IMG/VR virus record: IMGVR_UViG_3300025133_000037
Location: 1-64,000 of that record
Origin: a virus
Length of the DNA: 64,000 nt
Direction: 5' to 3' (one strand)
This document shows, piece after piece, positions 29,255 to 37,337 of the stretch; position 1 is the stretch's first letter; the number at the start of each line of letters is the position of its first letter. The notes under the pieces are model-generated. The model did not search any database, had not been told where the DNA came from, and saw only the letters and a list, made by a program, of their open reading frames with translations. Made by a program: the position numbers and the translations under genes.

Positions 29255-31942
29255 TTATTTACTTGTTTTCTTAAGAGATTCACGCACCCAAGCGTAATTA
29301 GCTCTATAGTTTCCTGTTGGAGTGCTTAACGCCACACCTTGTGTCTGCCTCTGCTGTTCTAATCCGTTTTCAACCAGCCCGCCGTTGCCAATAGAATCTA
29401 AAGATACTATTGCTTTTGGGTGAGCCGCATGAACTAGATCAGTGCCAGTTTCGTCATGCACATTATACAGGGTTTTATAATCGCCCTTTGGGGTTTCCGA
29501 CTTTTCGTCATACAGTCTACCTAGACCTGTAAAATATGTTCGGAGTGTTTTGTCAGTACTATTTAGATCCGTTACGGCATCTTTATAATACGACTTCGAA
29601 ACTTCATCTGCTTCTTTAAACAGATTCAAATCGTTATTTGTATGATTATTAGTAGAAAATAGATTTGGACTTGCAATATTTCCTAATGATGCAAGCTTTT
29701 CTCTTCTACTCATGTTGCTTTTATTGTCAAAATTGGGCTCATCATCTAAGAGAGCCGCGAATGTTTCTAAAGCGGTAAATCTATCTGGATTTGCAAATGA
29801 CGCAAATTTCTCTAACCTATCGAATCTTTCATCGCTTCCTCTGCGCCTCATATTTCTTTGCCTCCTTGTCATTGGCCGCCTTGACCTACCCGCAGCACCG
29901 GGGCTGCGCCTAATTCTCTTTCCCGACATAAACCTTCTTGTCCTACGCTTTCCGCGCCGATTTCCTCCAAGAATTCCTGTTCCATCTAAATCAAACCCTA
30001 TCACCCTCTGTACGGTTTCGTTTAAAGCCCTTTGCTTATCTCCATCTTGAACTCCCATCTGTCTGCTATAAAGCGCCCCGCCGGTGCTTGGGTTATCAAG
30101 ACTTTGCCTTGCTATGTGTGCTTGATCAAATCTGGTCTCTTCGTCTCCAAGGCCAGGGCCATCAGGAACTTGGTCTACGAAAGCAAACCTCATTCCGTCA
30201 TAAGCTCCAGGTTTCAACTCTATTACATAATCCTTTCTGTAACGCCGCATTACGTGCATAAGCAAAGCGCTTCCAAGAGATTGGCCTGATAAAATTTCCT
30301 GCAATCTTTCATTATTCCTAGAGTCAACTGCATCTAAAGCCTCAGTTATCGCAGGATCCACCTGCCGTCGTGGGCCACCGCCTCGATGAGGGCCCTCTGG
30401 AGGCAAAGGATCTCTGGTTGCATATTGGTAACCACGATATGCTCCATAAACTAAAGCTCCGCCAAGCGCAAGCTTTACAACTCCGCCAAGCCATGCTCGG
30501 CCTATTTCTGCTCCGCGACCTAACCAGGAAGTAGCTTTTGCGCTTGTGGAAACAACTTTTCCGCCGGCACTTTCTAAGGCGGCTACACGTTGAGTAATAA
30601 TTCTTTCGACCTCTGCTTGGGTCATAGTTCCTCTTGCGACGGAAGCCTCAAGGGTTTCTCGAAGAGCGGCGATTTCTCTCGCTTGGGCTTCGACGGTCTC
30701 TTGCAGCGCCCGGACAGTTTCGGGAATATCATCAGATGCCTTAATGCCTTCAACGATTGGATCTGTAGCTCCCGCACCTTCTTCTAAAAGCTTGACCTCT
30801 GTTACTGCAGCGTCAACTGCTTTGGTTCCATCTTCAACCACAGTCCCCACCGTCTCAGCAGTTTTGGCTGTTTCGTCAACAATTGGTCCAACATCATCTA
30901 CGCCGCCCGTGCGAAGCTCCCGAGGCAGAAGTGCCTCCAGCTTGCGGGCGCTGGCAGCCTCTTCGGCTTGTGCTGCGGTCTTCAGGACCTCTAGTTTTCT
31001 AAAGTCTTCAACAGCTGCAGTTGCAACTCTAACGTAATCATCAGCACCCTCTAAGGTGCCCAGTATTCTTAATGCTTCGTCATAATTTCCGGCATCTACT
31101 GCGGCTTTTACTGCGGCCTTTATTTCAGGGGTTACCCCCGCTGCTCCTTCTCCAATTTTAGCTGCTATTTCAGCAGTCTCTTCGGCAGTCCGCAGGGCAA
31201 CACTTCCTTCTTCAGCGACTATTCCTGCGCTTCGCAATGTATTTGTGGATACCTCAGTAACACTTGTTCCGCCCTTTAATAGCTCAAGAATCTTGGGGGC
31301 ATCATCAGCATTTTTTAGGCTACTCCCTAAAAGCTCAAGAACTTCTGCCTCAGATTTTCCTCTGGCCAGTGCCCTAAAGGCCTCAAACCCCTCTGCTTCC
31401 CCTCTGAACAAAGCGGTCAATGCATCGCTAGCAACAGGAAGTGCGCGAGCGGCTGATGTCCCGGCCTCTGCAGCACGAACAGCCGCCATGGCTCCTCGTT
31501 CTGCATCTGCAGCAGCTGCAGCAGTGCGCTCTGCTTCAACTAAGGCTTGAGTCAACCTTCTTTCCTCGTCAGCCTGAGCGAGCGTTCGTACTGCACCTCC
31601 ACCGGCCGCCTCTATTTCCTGAAAAGTACTTAAAGCTACCTTTGCTTCTTCTGCGACTATATGTGCTTCGCGAGCGACCTCTGCCGCCAACTGTGCTTCA
31701 CGACCCAGGTGAGCAGCATCGGCTACAGCTCCACCAACATGAGCAGCATCGGCTACAGCTCCACCAACATGAGCAGCATCAGAAACACCTCCGGCAACAT
31801 GAGCAGCATCGGCCCCCGCTCCAAAAAGAGACGTAAACCAATTAGCTTCTTTGGCTAAAGATGGAGATCCATTGTTGAATCTCTGCATAGTTTGAAAATA
31901 GGCCTCTATTGCACTATTGTCTGAAACTTTCTTTATTCGCAT
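29255..31942 (-). CDS. Large Ala-rich probable internal head/ejection protein
   Basis: LAKEA followed by NWFTSLFG; 10-aa repeats; TM-like GGVVKLALGGALVYGAY; Arg-rich patch; located in head block. Confidence 0.6.
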   Translation of the reverse strand: MRIKKVSDNSAIEAYFQTMQRFNNGSPSLAKEANWFTSLFGAGADAAHVAGGVSDAAHVGGAVADAAHVGGAVADAAHLGREAQLAAEVAREAHIVAEEAKVALSTFQEIEAAGGGAVRTLAQADEERRLTQALVEAERTAAAAADAERGAMAAVRAAEAGTSAARALPVASDALTALFRGEAEGFEAFRALARGKSEAEVLELLGSSLKNADDAPKILELLKGGTSVTEVSTNTLRSAGIVAEEGSVALRTAEETAEIAAKIGEGAAGVTPEIKAAVKAAVDAGNYDEALRILGTLEGADDYVRVATAAVEDFRKLEVLKTAAQAEEAASARKLEALLPRELRTGGVDDVGPIVDETAKTAETVGTVVEDGTKAVDAAVTEVKLLEEGAGATDPIVEGIKASDDIPETVRALQETVEAQAREIAALRETLEASVARGTMTQAEVERIITQRVAALESAGGKVVSTSAKATSWLGRGAEIGRAWLGGVVKLALGGALVYGAYRGYQYATRDPLPPEGPHRGGGPRRQVDPAITEALDAVDSRNNERLQEILSGQSLGSALLMHVMRRYRKDYVIELKPGAYDGMRFAFVDQVPDGPGLGDEETRFDQAHIARQSLDNPSTGGALYSRQMGVQDGDKQRALNETVQRVIGFDLDGTGILGGNRRGKRRTRRFMSGKRIRRSPGAAGRSRRPMTRRQRNMRRRGSDERFDRLEKFASFANPDRFTALETFAALLDDEPNFDNKSNMSRREKLASLGNIASPNLFSTNNHTNNDLNLFKEADEVSKSYYKDAVTDLNSTDKTLRTYFTGLGRLYDEKSETPKGDYKTLYNVHDETGTDLVHAAHPKAIVSLDSIGNGGLVENGLEQQRQTQGVALSTPTGNYRANYAWVRESLKKTSK
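31711..31813. repeat. 30-bp tandem repeat (about 3.5 copies) encoding DAAHVGGAVA
   Basis: gagcagcatcggctacagctccaccaacat x2 plus variants. Confidence 0.9.
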
Positions 31943-32316
31943 ACCACATCCTGATTAAGGATCTCATCAATTGTTCTTTCGATTTTATATGCTAACTTTA
32001 TATTATTGTCAGCCAATGCAGCTTCCGCAAGTACTCTTAGGTCGTCAATGACTTCGTTTTGAAGGTCATCATCTGAAGTTAAATCCTCATCATCTTCGGC
32101 GCTATCAGAAGTTATTTTGCTGACTGCTTCGGCTGTAGCATTAGCCTGCTCCTCTAAGCCCTTTAATTCTTGAGTCTGCTTGGCAGCATCTTCTGCTATT
32201 TTTTGCTGCAAAATATCTGCTCTACGAACTGTATCTAGAACTATCTTTTCAAGCTCTTGAAACACTTCGCTTTTATTGTAGTGAAATTTGTCTTCCTTGC
32301 TCCATGAATTAGGCAT
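31933..32316 (-). CDS. Probable prohead core protein
   Basis: QKIA motif; C-terminal helical hairpin LRVLAEAALADNNIKLAYKIERTIDEIL. Confidence 0.55.
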   Translation of the reverse strand: MPNSWSKEDKFHYNKSEVFQELEKIVLDTVRRADILQQKIAEDAAKQTQELKGLEEQANATAEAVSKITSDSAEDDEDLTSDDDLQNEVIDDLRVLAEAALADNNIKLAYKIERTIDEILNQDVVCE

Positions 32317-32378
32317 TAGTGTCTCCAGATAAATGTTATTTCATCACATTTTAAATAATTAGTAGTTTGTAAACGTCT

Positions 32379-33071
32379 CTATAACAGCATAAATTCTAGT
32401 GTTCCGATTGCCGCCGAGGGAGGGCCGGTACACACTGCTACGCCAGGATGATTATCAGTCGGTTGGGACGAGGTTAACTTTCCGTCTAACCCAACATATA
32501 ATGTGCAATTTACAGGAAACATTTGAGTTGTATCAAACTGATCTGTTGCATATATACCTCTTTGATAATGGATGGTGATTCTTCCGCTGCCGACAGTTGT
32601 ATCATCCCCCGGCTTTCCAGCTATTCTATATATATAATTGGTAACTATCTTAAAGCTATCATATGTCCCATCACCTGATGAATCATAATTAAGCTCTGTT
32701 CCAGACGGCACAGTTATAACTCCATTAACAGTATTCAATACAATTGAAATTGTCGAGGTAAAGCTACTCTCTATAATATGAGGAAACTCCAAAACACCAG
32801 TGACTTCAACTGTACTAACCCGATTCCCATTATCATCTATTTCTGATGATTGGGCATCAATAATTACAACCTCATCTACTTGAGCCCTTGTGAAAGCCGA
32901 AGTTCTTACGTCATCAATAATGCCCAAAGGGGCTGTACCATCACTTACACTTGCCACAATATCATTCCCAATTAAGCCTAATTGAGCAAACATTCCTGGC
33001 TCAAACTCGGCTGTTGGGTCAACAGACAAGCTCATTGGTAATGCATTTCCGCTATGAATAACCTTTAGCAA
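32379..33071 (-). CDS. Second capsid decoration/cement-like protein
   Basis: 'PLGIIDD', 'GSGRITIH..RGIYATDQF', 'LYVGLDGKLTS', 'VCTGPP'. Confidence 0.55.
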   Translation of the reverse strand: MLKVIHSGNALPMSLSVDPTAEFEPGMFAQLGLIGNDIVASVSDGTAPLGIIDDVRTSAFTRAQVDEVVIIDAQSSEIDDNGNRVSTVEVTGVLEFPHIIESSFTSTISIVLNTVNGVITVPSGTELNYDSSGDGTYDSFKIVTNYIYRIAGKPGDDTTVGSGRITIHYQRGIYATDQFDTTQMFPVNCTLYVGLDGKLTSSQPTDNHPGVAVCTGPPSAAIGTLEFMLL

Positions 33072-33095
33072 CTTGTTTTCTCCACATTAAAGTAT

Positions 33096-33129
33096 AAAAA
33101 GGGAGGGAAATATTCTTTCCCTCCCTTTT
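33096..33129. terminator. Bidirectional-type hairpin with GGGAGGG stem
   Basis: aaaaagggagggaaa-tattc-tttccctccctttt; followed by the 16-bp palindrome ttactattaatagtaa at 33133-33148. Confidence 0.75.
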
Positions 33130-33160
33130 ATTTTACTATTAATAGTAATTAATCTCTGTC

Positions 33161-33715
33161 TTAGTTGCCGATTTTATTCATCGTTGCTAAAACCATATCT
33201 GCTGCAAACTGATCACCAGCAGAGGAGAAGCTAGTAGCCATTTTATTAAGGGTGTTTAATAAATCACCCTTTCTATTAGACTCTTTAACCAAATCTCCTC
33301 TTATACTTTCCGCAGTAGCCTCAACAACATCTGCTGCAAAACCTTCGCCCTTGCTTCTTAGGCCAGCAGAAATTCTGCCTAAGCCTGACATAATATATTC
33401 TCCACGAGGATTTAAAGGATTGTTTCCAACCTTTTTCTCAGAACCCTTACTTGAGCTATATGTCTCCATATCATTTATTTCATTTTCAATTAAGCTAGAA
33501 GTATCAGCTGCAAGCGATTCAGAGTCCGGCTCATCTACTAATAGATCAGCAATTTCGTTTTCAAAAGTATCAGCAATTTCGTCCACATCAGCTGTGTCAG
33601 CAGCAACGCCCCCGACATCCTCGCTTTGCGCAACTTTCTTTATACTTTGAGACTTGCCCACAAGTCTTGAAAACTCCTGGGCAATCCCGTCTCCATTTCC
33701 TCTAATGCTATACAT
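33161..33715 (-). CDS. Probable prohead core protein with two helical-hairpin motifs
   Basis: IKKVAQ; LGRISAGLRSKGEGFAADVV and LNKMATSFSSAGDQFAADMV. Confidence 0.55.
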   Translation of the reverse strand: MYSIRGNGDGIAQEFSRLVGKSQSIKKVAQSEDVGGVAADTADVDEIADTFENEIADLLVDEPDSESLAADTSSLIENEINDMETYSSSKGSEKKVGNNPLNPRGEYIMSGLGRISAGLRSKGEGFAADVVEATAESIRGDLVKESNRKGDLLNTLNKMATSFSSAGDQFAADMVLATMNKIGN

Positions 33716-33724
33716 ATAATCCCC

Positions 33725-35677
33725 CTACTCCCACAAAGATGATAAGGTATCAGCGGACATCAGTCTTGGGCTAACGCCTACACCATTGTCTGCTTCAACG
33801 CCAATGTTTACTCCGCCAAGGTCTGACGCTACTTTAACGGTACCTACTGGTCTTGCGTTTGCAATACTTCGCTTGAAGGCTTCAAATGCATTATCATCAA
33901 AGGTCATGATATCATCAACCTGTCTATCTAAAGACGCCTTTGATGCGGGCAAAAGACCCTTTCTCTGCATATCCATTCCGACATCATATGCCCTGCGCAA
34001 CTTCACTCGATAAGCCTCTCTTGCCTCATCTTGCTTCTTAGTCTCAACCTTATTGGCCAAAGCTTCTTTTACAGGATTTGCTACAGCGGTCTTCTGCGAG
34101 GCCTGATGAGCCTTGGACGCCTCTGCTTGGAGTTCATCGCCATCGTCATCAACTTCGGATACAGCCGCTGGAAAATCATCTAAAGCATCTTCTGCAACCT
34201 CATCACCTTCGTCGTCCATATCCATAGCGGACTTCAACATAGCTTCGCGATTTGCTGCGCGACTTGCCAAAACTCGATCATCAGCCTGCTTTAAAATAGC
34301 TTCTCTTCGAGATTTGCGCAAACTCATAGCAGAAGCGATAAGCTCATCAACAGCCGCATCCTCTGCGGAGTCTTCAACGTCATTTACGTAATCTTCTTCG
34401 CCAGCGTCCAAAGCATCTTCTGCATAATTAACCGAATCTTCTACATTATTGGAGCTAGTTACATTCGCCTCTAATGACGTAGCAACACGTACCAATGCCT
34501 TAGTTTCTCCAGTGATTTGGTCAGCATCTCTAACGGCATGACTTGCCAGCTTGACAAACTCCCCTCTCTGAGAGGATGATAGCTTTGAAATATTATCATA
34601 GGTTTCTGCAACCATTGATAACTCATCTGCAGCATCATCAAGCTTTCTATAAGCAGTCTTAAGGTTCTTTATAACATTGCTAGAAAGAGCTCCTAAGCCA
34701 GCCTCTATTTGCTCACCCTCTTCGCCCTCGCCCTTGCCGGTGAAAACGTTGACATCTACATCGGCCATAGTTGAATCTTCAAGTTGGCTAACATAATCTC
34801 TAACTTCATCCAAAAGCTGCTCCATCTCTGCAAGTCTATCGTCAATCTCCTTTGAGGGATCTTCCTCTTCGTCTTCGCCCTCTCCTTCGGCACCTTCGTC
34901 CAATGGAGGCAGGGGCTCGGCATCTAATGGAGGCAATTCTCCGCCGCCTTCTCCGCCTTCCTCAGGAAGAGGGGGAAGTTCTCCGCCGCCCTCTTCAGGA
35001 AGAGGAGGAAGTTCTTGAGCGGCCTTTAAAAGACCAGCAACTCGGTCTAATCCCGCAACTCGTATCTGGCCGCAAACTTCTTTGCCGTACTCACGGCTCT
35101 TTAGCCATTCCCAATTTTCATTTAATTCTGGGCCAAAAATTTCTTGCCCAGTAGCGGCAATTACTCTTTTGTTTCCCGCAAAAACTTCTAAGACACTCGC
35201 GGCCTTATTTACAGACCCATTTCCATTGCGCCTAACTGTAAAGCGCGTACTGAGACCAGGACCATTATAAGCCCTAGCTCTACTCACCTTCTCTTTAGAC
35301 TCCTTGTCTCCGGGCCACATGCCATCAGTTCCGCCCATATTTCCATCTTGATGCATCTGCTTATCTTTATTCCAGTCATATGTTTCACCCTTATAGGTGT
35401 TAGGCTCAGCACCTTCGGATCCGCCCTGCATGTAGGCTAACCTGCGGAGTCTTCGCTCCTCAAGCTTTGCCCGACTGAGCTTCTCCTTAGATTCCTTATC
35501 GCCTGGCCACATACCATCTGCACCGCCTGTGTTTCCATCTTGATGCATCTGCTTATCTTTATTCCAGTCATATGTTTCACCCTTATAGGTGTTAGGCTCT
35601 GCGCCCTCAGAGCCACCTTGCATATAAGCGATTCGACGGCGAAGCTCTGCCCTTTTTCTTAGTCTTGACTCATTCAT
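33725..35677 (-). CDS. Nested in-frame scaffold ORF (MNESRLRKR..., 650 aa)
   Basis: GGAGG-ATATT-ATG at 35687-35675, codon 464 of the protease gene. Confidence 0.55.
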   Translation of the reverse strand: MNESRLRKRAELRRRIAYMQGGSEGAEPNTYKGETYDWNKDKQMHQDGNTGGADGMWPGDKESKEKLSRAKLEERRLRRLAYMQGGSEGAEPNTYKGETYDWNKDKQMHQDGNMGGTDGMWPGDKESKEKVSRARAYNGPGLSTRFTVRRNGNGSVNKAASVLEVFAGNKRVIAATGQEIFGPELNENWEWLKSREYGKEVCGQIRVAGLDRVAGLLKAAQELPPLPEEGGGELPPLPEEGGEGGGELPPLDAEPLPPLDEGAEGEGEDEEEDPSKEIDDRLAEMEQLLDEVRDYVSQLEDSTMADVDVNVFTGKGEGEEGEQIEAGLGALSSNVIKNLKTAYRKLDDAADELSMVAETYDNISKLSSSQRGEFVKLASHAVRDADQITGETKALVRVATSLEANVTSSNNVEDSVNYAEDALDAGEEDYVNDVEDSAEDAAVDELIASAMSLRKSRREAILKQADDRVLASRAANREAMLKSAMDMDDEGDEVAEDALDDFPAAVSEVDDDGDELQAEASKAHQASQKTAVANPVKEALANKVETKKQDEAREAYRVKLRRAYDVGMDMQRKGLLPASKASLDRQVDDIMTFDDNAFEAFKRSIANARPVGTVKVASDLGGVNIGVEADNGVGVSPRLMSADTLSSLWE

Positions 35678-37066
35678 AATATCCTCCACGATTGAATTGA
35701 TTGAAAAGTCGTCCACAAAATCCATGCTATCACCGCCATCATTAGCCGTCTTAACGTTTCGATTTTGCTTACCGGTAGCTACCGTCACAGCTTTGCCGCC
35801 TGACGGATTATTAAATGATAAAATATCATCTCTTGGTGAAAAATCAGGGTTATCCCCGGTATCTCCACCTCCTGCGAGACCCATCCTGGATGTTGCAGAA
35901 CTTAACTCTGCGCCACCGCCAGGAGTTGAGGCCTCATTGGAATTCTCATAAGAAGTAAACCTCTCAGTTGGTGTTTCTGAAAGGTCTTCTCTTGTTGTTG
36001 TTTTTAACTGACTTACTAACTGACGTATAACGTCTTTTATATCATCCTCTACGGACGGATCGCTCAGAAGTCCTGCCGCTCCAGTTGTAGCCTTTAACGC
36101 CTCGGCATTATTTCGCATTTTTTCTGAGCTATCAGTAAAGTTATTTTCAGAAACTTTTAAAAGACCATTATTTGATAAAAAACTTTTTACAATATTTGTC
36201 CGATCCTCTATGGAGCAACCGCCTAATCCACAGGCAGTTTTCATTATTCCCTCTAAATGTTTGGCCTGATTAAGGTTTAATCTTCCAAGCATAGCGCTAA
36301 CGTTGTCTACTCCATAGGTCGAAAATTCTTCTTTATACTCATTTAATGAGGCAATGCACTTTAAAAGAATAGCGCCAGGCTCTGCCGGCTGAACAACAAG
36401 GCTATACTCTATCGGCTTTAAGCCGACATTTATTTCACCATGAGCATTTTTATTTGTTATATGATTGCAATACTCATCTTGATTTGTAGCTCGATTTCCA
36501 CAATCAGAACAAATAGAGGTTTCAACCGCAGTTCCCATAGAGCCATATCTAACAAGGCCTGTCTCGACTTTGCGTGCCAAATCTGGATAATTAATCTTGT
36601 CTAACGCGCAAAGCCCAATTACCTGCTTATACTTTTCATCATAATGTGTGTCTAAAATTATTCCACGAATTCCATCTACCGAGCTTGACTCATGGTCTCT
36701 GCATAGTGGAAGACCCACCCAGCTTGCCGTAGCTTTTTTTAATTCTGATTCTGGAAATATGTCTTTATTGTTATTTCTATGTGGCTGAACATTCCCGTGC
36801 CATTTCCAATTTTCATCAAAAAAGCCCCAAGCATCTTCTCCTGCTACTTTTTTGATGGAACCATTATCATCAAGCAGGGAGGACTCTGCGGCTTTTAGAA
36901 AGATTATAGAAAAATAAAGAAAGTCGTCTGACTTTGGAGCTATATTTTTAATGCTTTTTGCTAACTTAGAAAATGTTTGAACTATCTTTGGATTTGCAAT
37001 AATTTCATCGTGGTCACAGGTCCCAACAACATTGTTCTCTGGAGAAGAACATATTTTTTTAAACAT
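33725..37066 (-). CDS. Prohead (maturation) protease fused to a scaffold region
   Basis: 'NNNKDIF', 'LCRDH', 'GIILD', 'YGSMG', CxxC...CNH zinc insert, 'EYSLVVQPAEP'; long acidic/coiled-coil C-terminal half; lies between portal and MCP. Confidence 0.8.
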   Translation of the reverse strand: MFKKICSSPENNVVGTCDHDEIIANPKIVQTFSKLAKSIKNIAPKSDDFLYFSIIFLKAAESSLLDDNGSIKKVAGEDAWGFFDENWKWHGNVQPHRNNNKDIFPESELKKATASWVGLPLCRDHESSSVDGIRGIILDTHYDEKYKQVIGLCALDKINYPDLARKVETGLVRYGSMGTAVETSICSDCGNRATNQDEYCNHITNKNAHGEINVGLKPIEYSLVVQPAEPGAILLKCIASLNEYKEEFSTYGVDNVSAMLGRLNLNQAKHLEGIMKTACGLGGCSIEDRTNIVKSFLSNNGLLKVSENNFTDSSEKMRNNAEALKATTGAAGLLSDPSVEDDIKDVIRQLVSQLKTTTREDLSETPTERFTSYENSNEASTPGGGAELSSATSRMGLAGGGDTGDNPDFSPRDDILSFNNPSGGKAVTVATGKQNRNVKTANDGGDSMDFVDDFSINSIVEDIMNESRLRKRAELRRRIAYMQGGSEGAEPNTYKGETYDWNKDKQMHQDGNTGGADGMWPGDKESKEKLSRAKLEERRLRRLAYMQGGSEGAEPNTYKGETYDWNKDKQMHQDGNMGGTDGMWPGDKESKEKVSRARAYNGPGLSTRFTVRRNGNGSVNKAASVLEVFAGNKRVIAATGQEIFGPELNENWEWLKSREYGKEVCGQIRVAGLDRVAGLLKAAQELPPLPEEGGGELPPLPEEGGEGGGELPPLDAEPLPPLDEGAEGEGEDEEEDPSKEIDDRLAEMEQLLDEVRDYVSQLEDSTMADVDVNVFTGKGEGEEGEQIEAGLGALSSNVIKNLKTAYRKLDDAADELSMVAETYDNISKLSSSQRGEFVKLASHAVRDADQITGETKALVRVATSLEANVTSSNNVEDSVNYAEDALDAGEEDYVNDVEDSAEDAAVDELIASAMSLRKSRREAILKQADDRVLASRAANREAMLKSAMDMDDEGDEVAEDALDDFPAAVSEVDDDGDELQAEASKAHQASQKTAVANPVKEALANKVETKKQDEAREAYRVKLRRAYDVGMDMQRKGLLPASKASLDRQVDDIMTFDDNAFEAFKRSIANARPVGTVKVASDLGGVNIGVEADNGVGVSPRLMSADTLSSLWE
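35277..35640. repeat. 192-bp (64-aa) internal duplication in the scaffold region
   Basis: AYMQGGSEGAEPNTYKGETYDWNKDKQMHQDGN.GG.DGMWPGDKESKEK twice; DNA offset 192. Confidence 0.9.
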
Positions 37067-37161
37067 AGCTAGCCCTTTACGTAAAAAGAAGTGATCAGAT
37101 ATTTATATAAATATTAGTGTAACTATTTTTTGTGTAATTTTTTTTTGAATTACATAGTTTT

Positions 37162-37335
37162 TTATTCTTTTTCTTCTTTTTTTATATGATTTCTTATTGC
37201 CTTAATTCTTCTATCATTTTCATCATCTGAATCTAAATAGATGATATCCTCTTCTTCTTCATCAGGCATATCATACCCATCTTTAGAGTTTTTTACTATG
37301 ATTTTCTTTGTTTTATCGCCAAACTTTATAAACAT
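37162..37335 (-). CDS. Small acidic protein (57 aa, MFIKFGDKTKKIIVKNSK...), absent from the ORF track
   Basis: ATG at 37335 with GGAG RBS right after the upstream stop; TAA at 37162. Confidence 0.6.
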   Translation of the reverse strand: MFIKFGDKTKKIIVKNSKDGYDMPDEEEEDIIYLDSDDENDRRIKAIRNHIKKEEKE

Positions 37336-37337
37336 AA

